NCBI GenBank assembly: GCA_024346625.1 | Contig: AP024664.1 | Span: 434,001-498,000, forward strand | Direction: 5' to 3' | DNA length: 64,000 nt | DNA from: Williopsis jadinii | Lineage: Eukaryota | In this document: positions 10,860 through 21,249 of the stretch, piece by piece | How the letters are laid out: each line of letters starts with the position of its first letter | Position numbering within the stretch: position 1 is the first letter of the stretch | Notes under the pieces: generated by a model | The model's database searches: none | The model's input: only the letters and a program-made list of their open reading frames with translations | What the model was told of the DNA's origin: nothing | Made by a program: the position numbers and the translations under genes

Positions 10860-12400
10860 AATGAGTTTAGTTACTGACCGAAAGTCAATGTCGATCATTA
10901 CTGCCTTGTTCACCAAAACCCCCGAGACCACTTCTGAGCTTCCAGATCATTCCATATTGACGTATATGCAGAAAGCCCTTCAAGCGAGTCTTCTGAGATG
11001 GCATTATACAGGAAGATTAGGGAAAGACTGCAAACATGGACAACGTCTGGGAGATTGGAAACATTGCTGATTTGAGGTACCTATGAATACGAACATATCG
11101 GGGTGACCTAATGTACGACACATTTCTAGAATTTTCGATTCAGGTCTACTAAACTTCAGAAGCCTTTCTCTTTGGAACAAGATATTACGATGAGTTATGC
11201 TACTTTCTAACAAATAGGGTGAAACGTGCAAATCTTGCATGATGGGCGCTGCACTCCTCAGGAATGATCACTTGGGTGTACAATTATTTGTTTTCTTTAA
11301 CCATGGAGACCTGCTCTAGATACGACAAAGCTATCGAACCGTCTGTCACGACCATTGTTAATCATACTTTGATAACTCTGAAGGAAACTTGGTGTACATG
11401 GCTCCAAGATTAATATCTCGCTCTTTACGTCGTCTTTAGCAGTGTGAAACTCAGTGTTTTGAGAGCATATAACTATCAAAATTCTACGGTATGTGTAAAG
11501 TGCACATTCCTGTTGAACTCACGAACTTATGATCAACATGTGAATAGCCCCACCATACACAGCAAGTCCAATTATCTTACGAAGTGGTTACAAACAGATG
11601 CGTTTGGTGTCTGCAGTGTGCTTAGGCAGAAGTGGCACTTTGCCCGATGTGCCTAATGTGCCACGTTATACGTTGTGCTCACGTTTAAGCCATGATACCA
11701 ATCACAATTGGAATGTCCTCTAATGTAAAAGTTACACGGCTTTTAATTCTGGCGTGGATCGACATTGCCCACTTTTGGCGTTGAGGTCCAAAACAACACA
11801 TAACTTATCAAGAAGCTTCGGATTGTAGCAACTTTTAAGCTTACAGCGCATATGTTCAAGTTAGGCATGCTGGGAATGCTGGGTGATTTCACGGGAATTG
11901 AAAGCGAAAGAATTTTCTGAGGGAATGTTAATTAATCAAAAGGTTATAGATCTTCAATATTACGCTGGACACTAGATGAACTATGGATTTATCATTAGGC
12001 ACAGGATTGGCCTACACGATCACCAGTGAGGGTCAAGGCCTTCTAGAACCTTGAAATTCTAGCAGTTACATGAAACTGTATAGAAGCAATTAAATGTCCA
12101 AAGATTTTCCTTCGTAGCACTTTCATATTGAAGACAATTTGCAATTCTGATTGAGATCTGGTCATAGTTCTTGTGAACGCGCTGCAGATCTCAGTCAAAG
12201 TCTTAGTTCTGGGCTCCAGGTCTTGGTTGTCGGGTGTTTGAAGTGCACATAGCCATGACTACATCAGTAGAGAATTGCGTTCAATCACCCAACAAATACT
12301 TTCCCAGGTCACCTGGAAGCTTACCCAACACCCCCAGCTTCTACACCATCCTCAGTTTCACCGGTTCTTCTACATATTGAGAGGAACCTCAAAGCTTGAG
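10860..12400 (+). pseudogene. Highly decayed, possibly F-box/leucine-rich-repeat gene relic
   Basis: Stop-riddled frames give LRR-like strings (TLDELWIY; F*NLEILAVT*NCIEAI at ~12040-12090; LSSGLQVLVVG) and ELPDHSILTYM near 10935. There is no intact ORF. Confidence 0.3.
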
Positions 12401-12815
12401 TTCAGCTTGATATCGATTATACATGTCCACATGAAATGACATTGGTGAACGCCCAACAAATGGCACACTGAAGAGTACATACAATTGGTCAGGGTGGCTT
12501 GCATATATAACATCATCATAATCACATTTAGAGTAGAATGAATACGAAAGTTACGGTTTCTTTCCGTGGAAGTTCTGAAGTTATGCACACTGCACATTGC
12601 GTTACGCACACCACGATTATGGTTTGATTTGTTCACTGAAGCAGGCTTTGAACGTTGATTAACCCTTTAAAAAACAAACCATTGTACACGTCATGATGCA
12701 TTGTTTACAGAGATTAGATCAAAGTGGAGTAAGAGTTGGGTTGCGCAAGCTGTTAAACACACTTCTATCAAATTATGACACTTAAAAACACTCTCTATAT
12801 GGCCAGTAATACGTA

Positions 12816-15728
12816 CTTATGTACGGGTGTGTGTCCGTACCAACATGGCTCGAACTGGCCGTACTTCACTCTCACCTCCACCAGCTTCACCAGTGCTACC
12901 ATGAGTTCCTGATCTCTATAGAGCCCGTTGAAAGGTTCCATGAGTTCTATCAGGAGTATGGTAGCACTGGTTACTATCTCGCTGGAGGAGTAAGGTATTG
13001 GTACACTACAATGGGCCAGGCCATGGTGGATACCGCACAACTGCATCTGTACGTAATCCCTCCAGGTGGCCCGGGTTGATATATACGGACGATATCTAAC
13101 TCTCTAACTCCAGCCACGTCGATAGTCGTTGCTGTCAGATTTGGGCTCAGGCTTCCATCACCAACAGGAGGCATGACAATCACACTTGAGTTCAGACTGG
13201 GGTCGTCTGAAGAGAGTTGGACAGACTTCCCTCAGACAGCCTTCAGCCTGAACAATCTCATGTGATTGACAATCTCACAGTCGACAACTTCTGACAGACT
13301 CGATGCCGTTACCCAAGACTTCATCTTCAGCACTTCTTTGAGGCTATCTTCCATCACCAACAGCGGTCCAGACAACCACACGTGAGTTCAGATCGAGGTC
13401 GTCTGAAGAGAGTTGGACAGACTTCCCTCAGACAGCCTTCAACCTGGACAGAGCTCGTGTGATTGACAATCTCGTAGTCGACAACTTCTGACAGACTGGA
13501 TGTCGTTACCCAAGACTTCATCTTCAGCACTTCTTCGAGGCTATCTTCCATCACCAACAGGAGGCATGACAACCACACTTGAGTTCAGACCGAGGTCGGC
13601 TAACGAAAGCTGGACAGACTTCCTTCAGACAATCTTCAGCCTGGACATATCTCATGTGATTGTCAATCTCGCAGTCGACAACTTCTGACAGACTCGATGC
13701 CGTTACCCAAGACTTCATCTTCAGCACTTCTTTGAGGCTATCTTCCATCACCAACAGCGGTCAAGACAACCACGCTCGTGTCTAGTTAAAGACTATCTGA
13801 AGAATGCTGGACAGACTTCCCTCAGACAGCCTTTAGCCTGAACAGATCTCGTGAGATTGTCAAACTCGCAGTCGACAACTTCTGACGGAATCACTGTCGT
13901 TACCCAAGACTTCATCTTCAGCACTGCTTCGAGGCTATCTTCCATCACCAACAGGAGGCATGACAACCACACTTGAGTTCAGACCGAGGTCGGCTAACGA
14001 AAGCTGGACAGACTTCCCTCAGACAATCTTCAACCTGAACAAGCCTCGTGTGATCAACTGAACATCCAATGATAATGTCGCATCATGAACCCGAAATCTG
14101 AGAGTAGCCCAACTGTACTTCTGAATCACATGTTGTGTGAAACCTCAAGACGGTGACATCCCAAAAAGTACCAACCCTCTGTCCAAATCCTTCAGTTAGC
14201 AAAGCCCTCACCATCTGTATACCTTGTACCTTATACATACTGTTTTAAATCAATGATCTGGCAAAAGGCAAGCAACCAAAGCAGTGACCATACAAAGCAA
14301 GTTGACCAAACTTGCTTTGTCCTGCCATTGCTCAGTAGTCTTCACGTACTCCCAGTAGTGATGCTGTACTAGGCAGTATACCATAAGATGTACCTAGGTG
14401 ATAACCTTGAAGGAGGTGGACAGACTCCAACAGGGCTATCAGCCTTTGTTACCATCTTTGGTGATTTGTGGATTTGTGGGAAAGAGGGAAAAGAGTTGAA
14501 GAACAATTTTTGAGGATTCAGAGCTAGTTAAATATTCAAGACAGTGCCTTTGTGCACTTTCCATTTAAGTGTGTTATCTTGATGGTAACTGGGGTTTTGT
14601 GAAATATGCAGCTCATTCTGCATGAAGGCAGAATACACGAGCTTGAGTTAAATTGTACTGAGGAGATAGCTGTTTACCGTACAATCCGTCCCTCTGTGTA
14701 CTGGAATATTGTCAATTTTTAGCTTACTTCATGCGCGTCATCATGCACTTCATCATGTATATCTTCTATCGTTTCCATAGTGAATAAGCCTTTGTGTGAC
14801 ATGCAATTGATTTGAAGCATGTAGAGAGTTACAACTCACATAGCTTAAGGTTATATTATACATAAGCACTATGCATCTAGCACACCAGCTGTTGCTTAGT
14901 GTAAACTATGGGCTTTGTGGTGAGATCTTCATTGGTATTGTTGAGTGATTCTAGTTAGAATCATACCAGTAAAACAAGTTGATCTGTAGTGCTTCGGTAC
15001 GTTGAATGCGATTTGAACCTTTGCTAACGCTCTGGTAAACCTCGAATCACCGCTACCTTGGCGATCAACTTGTATAATACATAAACTATCACCGATTATG
15101 TGTCAATATTTGACTGAGAATTGTAAAAGCCAAGGGTTTTGCTGTCCATGCTGGAAAGCTTGAGCATGAGCCTATAAGATGTTCGGAGTTCATCAACCTA
15201 AGTTGAGTGACTTCGATTATCAATTGCAACTCAAAGTTTCTCATGGCATTCACAACATTGTTTTTAATGTAATCAATTGAAAATTTTATTCAATAATTTT
15301 ATTATTGTTTCAAAACATCATGCCATGTCCATCTGATAACAAAATCTTCGCACTAAAATTCAATTAAAAGTTGTGTAATAATTCTCTGTGTAAATTCTTA
15401 TGACTTTGTAAACTTGAATTGATTATTCTAAACATGATTATGATTAAATATAACACAGCATTTCATTATTACGATCATATTTAACAGTAGAGCAACGCTA
15501 GGCTTCAGAGAGATCGTTACTGGCTAGCTTGAGATGTGATTAGCAATTCTAAGTTTATAGAAGTAGAACATGTGGTCTATAACTAGCTTTTCCGACATGT
15601 CAAAAGAGAAGACTATGACTTCCCCAGCAAGTCTCCACAATACAAACAAAGTCACGTATACTGCGACCTTTGGATCATATTCTTAGAAGAATGCATGGTT
15701 TAATCCAGCTGCAGATCATACGAAACCA
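12816..15728 (+). repeat. Dispersed ~2.9 kb repeat, copy 1 (5'-truncated): F-box/LRR pseudogene, minisatellite and AT-rich segment
   Basis: Colinear and highly similar by eye to 42337-44882 throughout. Both copies end at GCAGATCATACGAAACCA. Confidence 0.9.
13152..14054 (+). repeat. Tandem minisatellite, ~197-bp unit, ~4.5 copies, alternating A/B variants
   Basis: CCATCACCAACAG recurs at 13155, 13351, 13548, 13745 and 13942, followed alternately by GAGGCATG or CGGTC(C/A)AG. Confidence 0.92.
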
Positions 15729-15807
15729 CAATTTTCATCTTATTGTAGTGGTTACAAAAGCCTGATCAGAACTGGGTAAAGTATGGACCTAAGTAAACAG
15801 TCTAGAG

Positions 15808-16140
15808 CACTCCAGGAACCTCAAAAGCCACCATTGAGGCATGCTTGCTTGTAGTAGAGCAAGTTCCTGAGACCATCTATCTGCTTATGTACGGGTGTGT
15901 GTCCGTACCAACATGGCTTGAACTGGCCGTACTTCGCTCTCACCTCCACCAGCTTCACCAGTGCTACCATGAGTTCCTGATCTCTATAGAGCCCGTTGAA
16001 AGGTTCCATGAGTTCTATCAGGAGTATGGTAGCACTGGTAGCTAACTGGATGGAGGAGTAAGGTATTGGTACACTACAATGGGCCAGGCCATGGTGGATA
16101 CCGCACAACTGCATCTGTACGTAATCCCTCCAGATGGCCC
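15808..16140 (+). repeat. Third, partial copy of the dispersed repeat (F-box-like 5' part only)
   Basis: Near-identical to 42260-42590 and 12816-13070. It encodes VEQVPETIYLLMYGCVSVPTWLELAVLRSHLHQL and hits a stop at 16043-16045. Confidence 0.9.
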
Positions 16141-17433
16141 TAGCTATATAAGACTGACGCTGTAAACAGCACAAGGCTGGACAGTGACAGGTAATCAGTC
16201 CTGGATCAACATCAGGTGAAGTACAGTAAACTAAGCCCTTGTTAAAGTTTGCGAAGCCTACCGAGATGGTGCTGGCTTGACCAGAGCACAGCATCACCCA
16301 GAGTTCAGCTTTTCAACTATCAACAGTACCAACACATACACTCAGTGTTTCAATATCTGGTAAGAGGACCTGATCCACGAACAAGGACAAAATTCAGCAA
16401 CTGCTTCTGTGTCAGTAGTACCTTCCTGAACGATAGTGTAACAGCAGTGCTGTCAATTTGACCAGAATATAACAGCACTCGCTTGCTATCTTCAACATCG
16501 TAGCAGTACTCAGTTATAGAACCATCCACAACTTCACTGTGATCATCTCAGTATCTTCACCCACGCTTGAGACCAATCACACCAGGTTAAAGCTGACCAG
16601 GCTTTTACCGGGTGATCATTCTCCAGCTGGATTCCGCTAAGAACTCTGAAGCCAGTTCCACCAGTCAGATGACCATGTTTCTAACTGGAACTTCAACGTC
16701 CATAGTGAAACCCCATCAACCATCCAAACCATGGATGTATAACTGGAGAGAACCGTTGAAGGACTCAGTGGTAGCAAAAGAGAAGGAATGAAAAAGAGGC
16801 ATTGGATAAAATACCTGATATACCACACGAAATTACTTTTGTAATTGGTACTTATCTTTGTACTGCGAATAACTCATAGATCAATTTTGGGCTAATAGTG
16901 GAAAAAAGAGTACAGCTTTAAATTTGTTAGAAAAGTCACCTGTAATCAACACCATACACTGTGCTACGGAGCTCTTTGTACTTAGCGTCAATACCTTTGT
17001 ATTTAGTACTTAATGCAGCGTCCATACTATCAACTAGCTAAAGAAACTGCAGTTTAATGCATGATAAAGTAGCTCGATGATTAGATACTCCGTTACTCTG
17101 GTTAGTACGAGCATTCAACCACTAGTTCTCCAAAATAGTTATGGAAACAAGCCATGGTTACGCCATTGATAATAATCAATGACTGTTTATATGGATATGA
17201 GCTACCAATGAATTATTGTCTGTATCGTACTGTGTGGACTTTGCCTTCCCATCAACTTTCGAATCGCCATCGATTATGCATCTCCACAGCTTCAATTGAC
17301 GCACAATAAGGTAAGAGCTGTAACTTATGTCCTTCCTAACTTCTCTCCAAGAGCAATCTGGAAAAAGAGCATTGGATTAATCTCTTTATCAAGTTGATAT
17401 TTGTTTTAGGTAATTGATGGAAGGTAATAGGTG

Positions 17434-18360
17434 ATGTCCACAGTATTTGAGACAGTAGTTGAAGGATAAAGGAGTTTACCCCTATACACACCGGGGACTA
17501 ATTATATCGAGGAGAAAGGTGGCTATAATGGTCCAACTTTCTCGGTAAGCATTTCTTTCTCGCTCTGTGATAGTATGTACACATGTTCTAACACGCTGAG
17601 GGATAAAACCCACTCCGAAGGAGAAACAGTCTAAGGGACGTACAGTTTTGTTCTATGGGTTCTGTGAGTATGCCAAACTGTACGTCAGGCTCTTTGATCA
17701 TCAAGTGAGCCACGGATATGAAGTGTTCTTCTTTGACCAGAGAGGCTCAGGCTGGACCTCTCTAGGAAAACAAGGAGTCACCAAGGTAGAGTAGGTGATG
17801 AGCCACCTGGACTTCTTTTTGGAGAAGAACATCGCTGAGATGGATCCTTATGAGTCTATCATCTTAGAACACTACTCAGACCGTGGTGTTGATCTTGACA
17901 ACGGAATCCGTCGCAAAACATTTGGTGAAATAAGCAATGTTTCCACCATTGGAACATTAATTCAGCTAGTAATGCTCAAGTATGAAGCCGATGGCACAAC
18001 CACACATGAACAGACTACCAGTGATCTACAATGTGTGAGCTACTAGCCACCAGTCCAACACTAAAGGGAATAAGGTGTACTCCAGCATAAAAGACTATAA
18101 TCCTCAAGAGAGGTAATAACCTGAGAAATGCTTACGATCTAAAGGACATGGCATTTCTGCCATGGCTCAGAATCCAGTAAGCAAACGATAGCATTAACAA
18201 TCCATTTCAAATCCAAACAGCTTTCCAGCATTGGCTCCAGCTAAGGACTCCACACAAGCGCTACTTCCAAGGTGCCTCCACAACATAGCTTGCAAATCTG
18301 AGCACCACTACACACACACGAAACGCTCCCTCATTGTATGGCCAGATCAAACACATCTGA
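17434..18360 (+). pseudogene. YJU3 pseudogene (tandem paralog)
   Basis: ATG 17434 gives MSTVFETVVEG* (early TAA). An intron relic (GTAAGC..TTCTAAC) has its acceptor AAG changed to AAA. GFCEYAKLYVRLFDH is retained, there is an in-frame TAG near 17792, GHSMGG has decayed to EHYSDRG, and the end reads VWPDQTHL. Confidence 0.88.
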
Positions 18361-18898
18361 ACCGAATTCAACCGCAATGTCATGGCAGGTGTATACATTT
18401 TCGTTCTTGCTTCCGCTTTTGGCTTTTCTATGTGCGTATGTTTTTCGCCAATTCTGCACTCTTGCGCAATAACTTTCCCAAAACAGAAACTTCCTTATCT
18501 TCTCAGGCGTCAGGACGTCCGAAGATTGACACGCGCACGCGTAAGATAACTTTTGTCCCCGTCTCTGTTGGGACATGCGACCAATCGCATTACGTCTGAA
18601 AAGTTTTCTCTCTTGAGCAAACCCTGCCCAAACTTTGCACGAGAACCTCCAATTGTTGTAGAAGATCAAGAGATATTTGTCAATTGACCTTGTTTGAAGG
18701 CTGTTTATTCCAATCTCGGTGTGTGTACACGTGAATTCGGCTACACAGGGTAACGTGGTGATTTATGGGTCATACAACGCTTGCCAAGGGGATTATTATA
18801 AGTACTGATCAATTGATTGCATGCTGAGTTGTGCCTTCCTGAGTACATTACGGCAGTGATATACACACCAGAATTCTACTTGAATCCATTTGCAACTA

Positions 18899-19845
18899 AT
18901 GTCATACCCTTATTTCCCCTATGAGAAGGAGCCTCGGCTGGTTTCGAAGAAGAACATCGACGCACAGATATGGGTACGTACCACCACCGCATACAGTTGA
19001 ATCCTTGATACTAACCGAATCGACCTTGCTTCTCTATACAGCCCATAGACGAGGACCAAGTTTTGATAAAAGCCCGTGTGATTTGCCTCCATAACCCAGG
19101 TGAAGATATCCTTCTGTTCCGAAGATGCATCGATGTCTTGACCAGTTACGGGTATGAAGTTGTCTATTACAGAACCAACGATAACGCTGAGACTCATGTC
19201 TGCACCATAGAATCCATCATGGACGAGATTGATACTGTGGTTTCGCTGTGCCATGAGGACATTGCCAACTCTCCACATCCACAGACTCCAATTCACATCA
19301 TGGGCCATTTCATATCTGGTGCAGAGGCTTTGCTTTATGGAATCCAAGGTTCCCAGAGAGAGAAGGTCAGTACAATAGTTGGTATAAATCCATTAGTGCA
19401 GCCCGCTGAGCTACTAATGAAACAATCATCGTCACTGAAGTTGAGATGGAGGGCAAAGATGAACCCAAATGCCATTGTGGACCTGGGAACAGACCTCTCC
19501 CTGTTCACAAAGGACACTCCATGGTTGGAGTTCTTGAGAAGTGAATCTTACTCCTTCACCAAACTGTCGAATCTGCAGCTGAAGATGATCCAGGACATAT
19601 CACACCTCTTGTTGAATAAGAAGTACACCTCACAATTCACAGTGGCCAATGTGCTCATCATACAAAGCTTGGAAGACCCCTTGACGTGTGCTTCAGCCAC
19701 TCACCAGTTCATCAATAACGTTGCAGGAGCTAAGCAAGCGTATCTCCTGGAATACACAAAGGGAATGAACAACTTGTTCTTGGAAAGAGAGAAACTGTTC
19801 CAAAGAGTAATAACGGATCTGGTATCTTGGTTAAAGGAGAACTGA
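18899..19845 (+). CDS. Divergent Yju3-like alpha/beta hydrolase lacking catalytic residues, 2 exons: 18899-18973 and 19042-19845
   Basis: ATG 18899. GTACGT (18974), TACTAAC and CAG (19041) give a W|P junction at the same position as in YJU3. The fold pattern is kept (ARVICLH, YGYEVVYY, PIHIMGH, VLIIQSLEDP, LVSWLKEN) but the nucleophile elbow reads GHFISG. Confidence 0.8.
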
Positions 19846-19898
19846 ATCCTCCCCAGGTGGGAAAGATACATATATATATGATATATATACACGTTCTT

Positions 19899-21077
19899 TC
19901 AATGCAGTCTAATGTCGATTTGATTCAACGTTGTGTTCACCAATGTCCATCCAAGGATGTAGTTAGAGTCGCTGATCCTTCTCTTCGTTCGCACAATGTT
20001 CAAACGTACTCTTTCACACATGAAGTTCCTCATCCTATTGGATAGTTTGGAAGATTCGACGTAGATTTGTTCAATCTCCTCCATTTCAAAGAACGTATAC
20101 AGTTCCGTTGCTGGGATCGTGATCTGTAATAGGTCCAATTCATCTAGTGGCTTTTTGCTTGAAAGATCCAAGACCATGTAAAGATCCAACTGGTTGAGTT
20201 TGGGTATCGATCTGGGCTCTGTCTTGGTACAGAACTTGTCAATGTTGTTGATCTCAATGATGTATCCCTCAACTTCACGAGGAATATCATCATTGGTCAA
20301 GTTCAGCTCACGAAATGAAGAATCATCTGAGTTTCCTCCGCTCTGTGCCTCATCTTCGTCTTGAGTGAGCTCCGCTTCCACACGTTTCGATCTATAATCC
20401 TTCTCAAACTCATCATCTGTCGGTAACTCAGGGAAAGGGGAACCATTCTTAATATCAGAGCTTTGTGATCCGCAGAGTGGGATGAGCTTACCATCGTACT
20501 GCAGTCCGTCAAGGATCCTTTGGAAAAGCTCCACTCCAAACATCCTTTCGTAATTGTGTCTTTCTGCGATCAGAAACTCCATAGGCGTGTTCTCCAATAC
20601 ATTGGTGAATGTTCGATGTCTGAGCTCAAAATCAAGATTCTTGAAGTGGTAACCAATCAGATGCATCTCTGATTCAGGGTCCATCTCTGAAATCACGCAC
20701 TCTAACCAGTTAGAGTATATCTTCACCTTCACATGGAAATCAACAAACAGGCCATACTTGGCAACGTTTGTACGCGTGCCTGGTCGAACAAACAGCGAGT
20801 CCCCAGTCACCGACATGAAACTGCTCACCAGCTCATCCCACGAGCCATCCAGCACAATCACCTGTATCAGCTTCTCCAGGCCAATCTTCTTCTCCAGCGA
20901 CCCAAAGAACACCCTGTCGACAAACCGACACCTGAACATTGGGTTCTCAGTGAGGTCTGAGACCGTCAGTATCACCTGGGCATCTCTCTTCTGAACAACA
21001 AACACCTGCGCTGTGAAGTGAGCATAGTACTTGGTATCACCTGCCGGAAGCTCAGCCAATGTCTCATAGTACTTCAT
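19899..21077 (-). CDS. CDC13: Small (Candida-type) Cdc13 telomere ssDNA-binding protein, DBD plus OB4, Cdc13A-like
   Basis: N-terminal OB-like region (LTVSDLTENP; YGLFVDFHVKVKIYSNWLECVISE), an acidic linker, and a C-terminal OB4-like region (EGYIIEIN..FCTK..PKL..ELYTFF..EEIEQIY..GW...NTTL). Recognised from memory of Candida Cdc13. Confidence 0.65.
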   Translation of the reverse strand: MKYYETLAELPAGDTKYYAHFTAQVFVVQKRDAQVILTVSDLTENPMFRCRFVDRVFFGSLEKKIGLEKLIQVIVLDGSWDELVSSFMSVTGDSLFVRPGTRTNVAKYGLFVDFHVKVKIYSNWLECVISEMDPESEMHLIGYHFKNLDFELRHRTFTNVLENTPMEFLIAERHNYERMFGVELFQRILDGLQYDGKLIPLCGSQSSDIKNGSPFPELPTDDEFEKDYRSKRVEAELTQDEDEAQSGGNSDDSSFRELNLTNDDIPREVEGYIIEINNIDKFCTKTEPRSIPKLNQLDLYMVLDLSSKKPLDELDLLQITIPATELYTFFEMEEIEQIYVESSKLSNRMRNFMCERVRLNIVRTKRRISDSNYILGWTLVNTTLNQIDIRLH

Positions 21078-21129
21078 CGTGTTCCATGGTGCCCTCTCTT
21101 AGCACGTCGTGGAGTTGGAAGTTGGTGGG

Positions 21130-21205
21130 CAAAAAGGTAAACAAACGCGACGCGAAAACACGCGTTCCGTCAACACACAACATCAGAGCCAGAACAGACG
21201 CGTTG
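21130..21205. promoter_or_regulatory. Bidirectional promoter with MCB/SCB-like and forkhead sites
   Basis: GTAAACAAA 21137-21145, ACGCGACGCGAAA 21145-21157, ACGCGT 21160-21165 and 21198-21203, all within a 172-bp intergenic gap. Confidence 0.65.
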
Positions 21206-21249
21206 CTTAGAAACCGTACAAGGGTACGACCCCATAGTTACTTTGTGAG

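Noticed and set aside
13152..14054. CRISPR-like array
   Set aside because: Whole units repeat with no unique spacers, the context is eukaryotic, and there are no cas genes.
12816..16140. LTR retrotransposon (direct repeats ~3 kb apart)
   Set aside because: No TG..CA ends, PBS/PPT or gag-pol remnants, and copy 2 has no matching 3' repeat. A tandem partial copy explains it better.
16637..16828. Small secreted or Flo11-like ORF on the minus strand
   Set aside because: Non-ATG start, only 63 aa, no continuation, and it lies in relic DNA.
10525..17430. Centromere
   Set aside because: The region is gene-poor and repetitive, but I see no CDEI-II-III pattern, large inverted repeat or Ty5 cluster, and the same repeat occurs 30 kb away. 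Sequence alone cannot support the call.
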